Shown here piece by piece: positions 58,308 through 64,000 of a stretch of DNA of 64,000 nt (the stretch's first letter is position 1; each line of letters starts with the position of its first letter). Made by a program: the position numbers and the translations under genes. Location of the stretch: contig PSLI01000004.1 of assembly GCA_040289515.1 (NCBI GenBank), forward strand, positions 11,111-75,110. Reading direction: 5' to 3'. Under the pieces are notes generated by a model. The model had not been told where the DNA came from. It did not search any database and saw nothing but the letters and a program-made list of their open reading frames with translations. This DNA comes from Candidatus Sysuimicrobiota bacterium (lineage in GTDB: Bacteria > Sysuimicrobiota > Sysuimicrobiia > Sysuimicrobiales > Sysuimicrobiaceae).

Positions 58308-58742
58308 ATGCCGGACGGTTGGGCGGGCCCCGGAACGGACGCGGAGCGGCTCCAGGTAAGCCGTGCGCACCTGGAGACCATCGTGGCGCATGCCCGGGCG
58401 GAGCTGCCGAACGAGTGTTGCGGGGTGCTGGCAGGCCGCCACGGTCGCGTGGAGTGGGTGCGGCCAGTGGCCAACGCGGACCGCAGCCCCTACACGTACC
58501 GTATGGACCCGCAGGAGCTGCTACGGGCCTATCGCGAGGCCGACGCGGAGGGGCTGGAGGTGCTGGGCTACTACCACTCCCACCCCGCCACGCCCGCGGT
58601 GCCGTCCCGCACGGACGTGGTGCGGGCCACCGACCCCTTCGCGGTGTACGTCATCGTGTCCTTGGCCACTGATCCACCCGAGATCCGGGCGTACCGGATC
58701 CTGGATGGGCGCTACCGGGAGCTGGAGTTGAGTGTGGCATGA
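58308..58742 (+). CDS. mec: JAMM/MPN+ metalloprotease Mec-like (CysO C-terminal peptidase)
   Basis: NECCGVL...YYHSHPATPAVPSRTD JAMM motif (E-x-n-H-S/T-H-x7-S-x2-D). Confidence 0.8.
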   Translation: MPDGWAGPGTDAERLQVSRAHLETIVAHARAELPNECCGVLAGRHGRVEWVRPVANADRSPYTYRMDPQELLRAYREADAEGLEVLGYYHSHPATPAVPSRTDVVRATDPFAVYVIVSLATDPPEIRAYRILDGRYRELELSVA

Positions 58743-59197
58743 GGTTCTCCACGCGGGCGGAGTACGGGCTGCGGGCCCTGATTGACCTCGCTTTGTTCGG
58801 GGCAGAAGGTCCGGTGCAAACCCACGACATCGGGCGTCGCCAGGGCCTGCCGGAGCCCTACCTGAACCAGCTGCTGGCGCAGCTGCGGCGGGCGGGACTG
58901 GTGGTGAGCAAGCGCGGGCCCCACGGCGGCCACCGCCTGGCACGTCCTCCGGAGGCCATTCGGCTGCACGAGGTGTTCCGGGTGCTGGAAGGGAGCACCG
59001 CCCCGTGGGAGTGCGTGGATCGCGACGACCCCGCCTGTACGTACGCCTACGGCTGCGGGCTCCGACCCCTGTGGCTGCGCCTGAAGGAGGCTACCGACCA
59101 GGTCCTTCGCAACACCACCCTGGCGGACCTGCTGCCCAGCTTTGTGGCGCCTCTGGAGTCCCGCCCGGCCGGACACCGCACCCGCTCGGTGCTATAA
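58739..59197 (+). CDS. Rrf2-family transcriptional regulator (IscR/CymR-like, Cys-cluster type)
   Basis: Rrf2 [21 protein letters not shown]. Cys residues in [17 protein letters not shown]. Confidence 0.8.
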   Translation: MRFSTRAEYGLRALIDLALFGAEGPVQTHDIGRRQGLPEPYLNQLLAQLRRAGLVVSKRGPHGGHRLARPPEAIRLHEVFRVLEGSTAPWECVDRDDPACTYAYGCGLRPLWLRLKEATDQVLRNTTLADLLPSFVAPLESRPAGHRTRSVL

Positions 59198-59346
59198 TCG
59201 ACTTGCGAGCGTCGGTTCGGAACACGATCGGGAACAGGGTTTTCCTGGAAACGCGGGTTGTGTCCGACCGAGTGGGCGGCGGGAGCAAGCCCCGCAGGAG
59301 CGTTGTCCAGGAGGGCCCTGTTCCTCGTTTGTTGCACGGCAGGCGC

Positions 59347-60003
59347 ATGGAGATGCTGGTGGCGCAGCAGCGGCAGTCGGTTCGATCCAGCGAAAGGTCG
59401 GATCCTCCGGCCGGCGGGGAGGCCGACCGCGCGCGGTTTGAGGCCCTGGTGCGGGAGCACCTGGACAGCCTGTACGGGGCGGCCCTGCGCCTAACCCGCA
59501 ATCGCAGCGACGCGGAGGATCTCCTGCAGGAAACCCTCCTGAAGGCGTGGCGGTCCTTCCACACCTTCGCGGAAGGGACCAACGCGCGGGCGTGGCTGTT
59601 TCGCATCCTCATGAACGCCCACATCGACCGGTACCGGAAGACCACCCGGGAGCCGGAGACCGCGGACATGGAGGACGTGGGCGAGTTTTACCTGTACAAC
59701 AAGGTGCAGGAGTCTGAGCTGCTGCGCCGCGTGGGCGACCCCGAGAAGCTCCTGGAGCGGGTGATGGAGCACGAGGTCCGCGAAGCACTGGAATCCCTCC
59801 CGGAACATTTCCGGAGCGTGGTGATCCTGGCGGACCTGCAGGGGTTCTCCTACCGGGAGATCGCGGACATCCTGGGGATCCCCATGGGCACCGTGATGTC
59901 CCGGCTGTTCCGTGGCCGCCGGCTGCTCCAGCGGAAGCTGTGGGACTACGTACGATCCCACCACCGGATCACCGTGGCGGAGGGGGCCGCCGTTGGACTG
60001 TAG
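59347..60003 (+). CDS. ECF RNA polymerase sigma factor (SigR/SigE-like)
   Basis: Region 2 [17 protein letters not shown] and region 4 [21 protein letters not shown]. Confidence 0.8.
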   Translation: MEMLVAQQRQSVRSSERSDPPAGGEADRARFEALVREHLDSLYGAALRLTRNRSDAEDLLQETLLKAWRSFHTFAEGTNARAWLFRILMNAHIDRYRKTTREPETADMEDVGEFYLYNKVQESELLRRVGDPEKLLERVMEHEVREALESLPEHFRSVVILADLQGFSYREIADILGIPMGTVMSRLFRGRRLLQRKLWDYVRSHHRITVAEGAAVGL

Positions 60004-60220
60004 GGAGTTCGAGGCCAAGCTGTGGGCGTTCCTCGATGGCGAGCTGGAGGCTGCAGTGTGCGCGGAGCTGCGGGCCCACCTGGAGCACTGCCCCGGCTGT
60101 CTGCAGCACTACCGGTTCGAGGACGCCCTGCGCCTGTTCGTACGCCGCTGCTGCTACGAACGCGCCCCGCAAGCTTTCCGCGACCGGCTGGTCCAGCTGC
60201 TGGCCCGGCTGGAGGAGTAG
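59993..60220 (+). CDS. Zinc-binding (ZAS) anti-sigma factor, RsrA-like
   Basis: [38 protein letters not shown] carries the HxxxCxxC ZAS motif. TTG start overlaps the sigma gene by 11 nt. Confidence 0.6.
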   Translation: MDCREFEAKLWAFLDGELEAAVCAELRAHLEHCPGCLQHYRFEDALRLFVRRCCYERAPQAFRDRLVQLLARLEE

Positions 60221-60261
60221 CCCCTGGCCGGCCTGATGTGCCAGGGGCCGGCCTTGGCGCT

Positions 60262-61155
60262 GTGCGGCGAGCTGCCATCGACGTGGGAACCCACTCCGTG
60301 CGCCTGCTGGTGGCGGAGCTGGCAGGCGGTACGGTGCGCCCCGTGCTCCGCCGACTGGAGGTGACCCGGCTGGGGGAAGGGGTGGACCGCACGGGGGTCC
60401 TGCTGCCCCAGGCCATCGGCCGCACCGTGCGCGCGGTGCGGGAGTTTTGGCAGTTGAGCCGGGAGGCAGGCGCGCAGCGCACCGTGGTCGTGGGCACCAG
60501 CGCGGTGCGGGAGGCTGCCAACCGCGCCACCCTCCTTCGCGACCTCAAGCCCTTGCAGGTGCGGATCCTCACGGGGAAGGAGGAGGCGGAGCTGGCCTAC
60601 CTGGGCGTGCGGGCAGGCCTTCCGGGCGTGCCGGACCCGCTGCTGGTGGTGGACGTGGGGGGCGGCAGCACGGAGCTCGTGCTGGGACGTGGGGAACGCG
60701 TGCTGTACAAGGCCAGCCTGCCGGTGGGCTCGGTGCGGCTGACGGAGCGGTACCTGCACGCAGACCCGCCTGCGGAGGTGGAGCTGCAGGCGGTGGAGCA
60801 GGACGTGGCGGACCACCTCGCCGCGCACCGGGCGGCCTTGGCGGGCGCACGGGTGGCTGTGGGCGTGGGCGGGACAATTACCTCCCTGGCCGCGGTGGAC
60901 CTGAGCCTGGACCCGTACGACCCGCAGCGGGTGCACGGGCACCGAATGAGCGCAGGGCGCGTGGATTCCCTGGCGCGTGGGCTGTGCACCATGCCCCTGG
61001 CCTTGCGTCGGCGCCTGCCGGGCTTGATGCCCGAGCGTGCGGACGTGGTGTGCGCGGGCGCCCGGGTGGTACGGACGGCCCTCCAGGTGCTGCAGGTGAC
61101 CGAACTGGTGGTCAGCGAGAGCGACCTTCTGTGGGGAGCCGTGCTCCGCCTGTGA
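60262..61155 (+). CDS. Ppx/GppA-family exopolyphosphatase/guanosine pentaphosphatase
   Basis: AAIDVGTHSVRLLV, VVGTSAVREAANR and DVGGGSTEL motifs. Confidence 0.8.
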   Translation: MRRAAIDVGTHSVRLLVAELAGGTVRPVLRRLEVTRLGEGVDRTGVLLPQAIGRTVRAVREFWQLSREAGAQRTVVVGTSAVREAANRATLLRDLKPLQVRILTGKEEAELAYLGVRAGLPGVPDPLLVVDVGGGSTELVLGRGERVLYKASLPVGSVRLTERYLHADPPAEVELQAVEQDVADHLAAHRAALAGARVAVGVGGTITSLAAVDLSLDPYDPQRVHGHRMSAGRVDSLARGLCTMPLALRRRLPGLMPERADVVCAGARVVRTALQVLQVTELVVSESDLLWGAVLRL

Positions 61156-61200
61156 GGACCCGGCGGGCAGCGGGCGTCTAGCTTGCCGTAGCATGGAGCC

Positions 61201-62676
61201 ATGCGGACCAAGCTGGGACTGCTGGTGGTGGTGCTAGCGGCGGTCGCCGGGCTGCTGTGGTCTCTGGGGGTGGGGTTTCCCAGCGCCCCCGGGCCGGTGG
61301 ACGCGTTCCGGGTTCGGCGCGGCGACCTGGAGGTAACCCTCGCGGTCACGGGGGTGGTGGAGGCCCGCACCGTGGACTTGGCGTTCTCGGTGCCGGGTCG
61401 GCTGCTTCGGGTGGCAGCAGAGGGAGAGCAAGTGGCCGCAGGCCAGGTGGTGGCGACCCTGGAGGCCGGGGAGCTGCAAGCCGACGTGGAGCAGGCCCGC
61501 CACGCGCAGCGGGCCGCGGAGGAGGAGGTCCACCGGGCTCGGGCGCAGGTGCGCGCCAGCATGGAAGAGGTGCGCAGGGCCGCCGGCGCGGTGCAGGCAG
61601 CCCTGGCGCAGGTGCAGCAGGCCCAGGCGAACGTGGGCGTGGCCCGCGCGAGGCTACAGGAGCTGCGGGCGACCCCCCGGCGGGAGGACCTGCAGCAGGC
61701 AGAAGCGGCTTGGAAGGCGGCGCACGCGGCCTGGGAACAGGCCCGCCAGGTGCTCCAGGCGCAGGAGGAGCTGTACCGGCAAGGTGCCACCAGCCGCGCC
61801 CAGTACGATGCGGCACGGGCCCAGCACGACGGCGCGTGGGCGCAGCTGCAGCAGGCGGAGGCCCAGCTGGACCGCGTGCGCTCGGGTCCGTCGCAGGAAG
61901 CCCTCGCGTCCGCCCGGGAGCAGCTTCGCCAGGCGGAAGCGGCGTACCGGGTGGCCCTGGCTCAGCTGGAGCAGGCTCGGGCCGCACGTTCGGCCGCGCA
62001 GGGGGCTTGGGAGCAGGCACGGGCCGTGGCCGCTTCAGCCGTGGAGCGGGCCCGCCAGGCCCAGGCGGCACGGTGGGCTGCGGAGGAGCGGTTGGGCCGG
62101 GCCGTGCTGCGGGCGCCGTTTCCCGCTGAGGTGACCCGCACCTACCTGCGGGAAGGTGCTTACGCCGCGCCGGGTGTGCCCGTCCTCACCCTGACGGACG
62201 CCAGCCGTTGGGTCACCGCGGAGGTGGAGGAGGCGGACGTGGGCAAAATCCGGGTGGGCCAGCGCGCGCGGGTGACGGCAGACGCCTACCCGGGGCTGGT
62301 TCTGACCGGACGGGTTCTCCGGCTGGCAGGTCAGGTGGACACCAAGGTGGGCACCCGGGTGGTGCGGGTACGGGTGGAGCTAACTCCCCCCGCCCGCTTG
62401 CGGGTGGGGACAGGTGTGGACGTGGACGTGGTGGTGCGGAAAGTCCCCCGAGCGCTTTTGGTGCCCCTGGAGGCGGTGGTGTCCGTGGCGGACGGCGGAA
62501 GCCAGGTGTACGTGATCGAAGGGGGCGCGGTACGGGTCCGGTCGGTGCAGATGGGCGAACGCAACGAGGCGTACGTAGCGGTGCTGGCGGGCCTGCGGGA
62601 GGGAGACTTGGTAGCCGTGGCGGAGCCCGGGAGGCTCCGGGACGGCCAGCGGGTGCTGGTGCGGTCGGTGCGATGA
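61201..62676 (+). CDS. Efflux membrane-fusion protein (HlyD/MacA family) with a long coiled coil
   Basis: N-terminal TM, lipoyl/beta-barrel segments and a roughly 250-aa alpha-helical hairpin. Confidence 0.8.
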   Translation: MRTKLGLLVVVLAAVAGLLWSLGVGFPSAPGPVDAFRVRRGDLEVTLAVTGVVEARTVDLAFSVPGRLLRVAAEGEQVAAGQVVATLEAGELQADVEQARHAQRAAEEEVHRARAQVRASMEEVRRAAGAVQAALAQVQQAQANVGVARARLQELRATPRREDLQQAEAAWKAAHAAWEQARQVLQAQEELYRQGATSRAQYDAARAQHDGAWAQLQQAEAQLDRVRSGPSQEALASAREQLRQAEAAYRVALAQLEQARAARSAAQGAWEQARAVAASAVERARQAQAARWAAEERLGRAVLRAPFPAEVTRTYLREGAYAAPGVPVLTLTDASRWVTAEVEEADVGKIRVGQRARVTADAYPGLVLTGRVLRLAGQVDTKVGTRVVRVRVELTPPARLRVGTGVDVDVVVRKVPRALLVPLEAVVSVADGGSQVYVIEGGAVRVRSVQMGERNEAYVAVLAGLREGDLVAVAEPGRLRDGQRVLVRSVR

Positions 62677-63416
62677 CAGCCGTGGTGGAGCTGCAGGAGG
62701 TGACCAAGGTGTACCGCCTGGGCGCGGTGGAAGTGCGGGCCCTGCGCGGGGTGCGGCTGGTGATCGAGCGGGGGGAGTTCGTGGCCATCATGGGGCCCTC
62801 GGGGTCGGGGAAGTCCACCCTGCTCAACATCGTGGGCTGCCTGGATCGGCCCACGGAGGGCCGCTACCTGCTGGATGGTCAGGACACCCGCCACCTGGAC
62901 GACGACGCCCTCAGCGAGGTGCGGAACCGCAAAGTGGGGTTCGTGTTCCAGACGTTTAACCTGCTGCCGCGGCTTACGGCCCTGCAGAACGTGGAGCTGC
63001 CCCTCCTGTACGCGGGCGTGCCTCGCCCGATGCGACGTCGGCGGGCCGCGGAGCTGCTGGCGCGGGTGGGGCTGTTGGATCGTGCCCACCACCGCCCCCA
63101 GGAGCTATCGGGCGGGCAGCAGCAGCGGGTTGCCATCGCCCGGGCGCTCGCCAACGACCCCGCCATCGTGCTGGCGGACGAGCCCACGGGGAACCTGGAC
63201 AGCCGTTCCGGAGAAGAGGTGCTGGCGTTGTTCCAGGAGCTCAACGACGGGGGGGTGACCATCTTCCTGGTGACCCACGACCGGGAGGTGGCCGAGCACG
63301 CGCGCCGCATCGTCCACCTGCGAGACGGGCGGCTGGTACGGGACGAGCCGGTGGCGTCTCCCCGCAGGGCCCGGGAGGTGCTGGTGCGCATAGCCGCAGG
63401 GCCGGAGGCGTTGTAG
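62673..63416 (+). CDS. ABC transporter ATP-binding protein, MacB/LolD type
   Basis: [40 protein letters not shown] overlaps the previous stop as ATGA. Confidence 0.85.
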   Translation: MTAVVELQEVTKVYRLGAVEVRALRGVRLVIERGEFVAIMGPSGSGKSTLLNIVGCLDRPTEGRYLLDGQDTRHLDDDALSEVRNRKVGFVFQTFNLLPRLTALQNVELPLLYAGVPRPMRRRRAAELLARVGLLDRAHHRPQELSGGQQQRVAIARALANDPAIVLADEPTGNLDSRSGEEVLALFQELNDGGVTIFLVTHDREVAEHARRIVHLRDGRLVRDEPVASPRRAREVLVRIAAGPEAL

Positions 63417-63425
63417 GAGGTCGGT

Positions 63426-64000
63426 GTGGGGCTGCTGGAGGCGCTGCGGGTAGCCCTGGAGGCGCTCCGGGCCAACCTTCTGCGGTCGGTCCTCACCACC
63501 CTGGGGGTGGTGATCGGGGTTGCCGCGGTGATTACCCTGGTGTCCGTCGGGCAGGCAGCCCGCAGCCGCGTGGTGGGGGAGTTCGCCAGATTGGGCCCCG
63601 ACCTGCTGTGGGTACTTCCCGGCAAGGCGGAGGAGGGCCGGCAGTTTGCCCCCCAGGAGGGTCGCCTCACCCTCACCTTCTCGGACGCGGAGGCGGTGCA
63701 GCGGGAGGCCCGCGGGGTGGCGGCGGTCGCGCCGTGGCTTCAGACCTCCATCGAGGTCGCAGGCGGCGGGCGGCGTGAGGTGACCACGGTGATCGGCACC
63801 ACCCCCAGCTACCTGCAGGTGCGGGCCCTGCGGGTGCAAGTGGGCCGGTTCTTACAGGAGGCGGACGAGCAGCGGCGCAAGCGGGTGGTGGTCCTGGGCC
63901 CGGTCCTGGCTGCCCAGCTGTTCCGGTCCCCGGAGCTGGCCCTCGGACGTCGCGTGGTGGTCGCCGGGCGCGCCTTCGAGGTGGTGGGGGTTCTGCGGGC
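63426..64000 (+). CDS. ABC transporter permease, MacB/FtsX family (5' partial, runs off the window)
   Basis: LRANLLRSVLTTLGVVIGVAAVI is a canonical FtsX N-terminus. RBS GGAGGT. No stop within the window. Confidence 0.75.
   Translation, partial: MGLLEALRVALEALRANLLRSVLTTLGVVIGVAAVITLVSVGQAARSRVVGEFARLGPDLLWVLPGKAEEGRQFAPQEGRLTLTFSDAEAVQREARGVAAVAPWLQTSIEVAGGGRREVTTVIGTTPSYLQVRALRVQVGRFLQEADEQRRKRVVVLGPVLAAQLFRSPELALGRRVVVAGRAFEVVGVLR

Overview
This is a high-GC (~70%) bacterial chromosomal window. It is almost entirely co-directional on the + strand, with many 4-nt start/stop overlaps and frequent GTG/TTG starts. The gene content looks like a high-GC Firmicutes-like thermophile (SpoIID, SigF/G-type sigma factor and a bacillithiol-type BshB1/BshC pair are all present), but I make no species claim. 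In order, the window holds the 3' end of an unknown gene, a decayed aldehyde-dehydrogenase pseudogene, a GntR regulator and FAH hydrolase, tRNA-Ala(CGC) on the minus strand, bcp, PBP1A, yebC-ruvCAB, a SpoIID/LytB gene, yajC, glutamate dehydrogenase, and an HD-domain gene followed by hemA-hemC-hemD-hemB-hemL. That chain is translationally coupled to a GT2 glycosyltransferase, a BshB1-like deacetylase and a BshC-like protein. Next come ccmABCDE for c-type cytochrome maturation, then an unusual respiratory cluster described below. After it come a polyprenyl synthase, a sensor kinase with an ANTAR response regulator, tatA, radC, mreBCD-mrdA-rodA, RNase G, alaS-ruvX, mltG, solute-binding proteins, a sigma factor, two roadblock/LC7 genes, lipB, a CysO/CysM/Mec protein-thiocarboxylate cysteine cassette containing a ParB/sulfiredoxin-like candidate serine kinase, an Rrf2 regulator, an ECF sigma with a ZAS anti-sigma, Ppx/GppA, and a MacA/MacB-type efflux system. 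The most novel-looking region is the respiratory cluster at 23.7-31.0 kb. It encodes a diheme cytochrome c, a Rieske protein, a cytochrome b whose two heme-bH His ligands are replaced, a second cytochrome-b domain fused to a 2x[4Fe-4S] ferredoxin, an MvhD/FlpD-like protein, an unannotated 37-aa membrane peptide, a CcoN-position membrane protein without canonical heme-copper-oxidase ligands, a CcoO-like monoheme protein and a monoheme cytochrome c. No CRISPR array, rRNA or obvious mobile element was seen.
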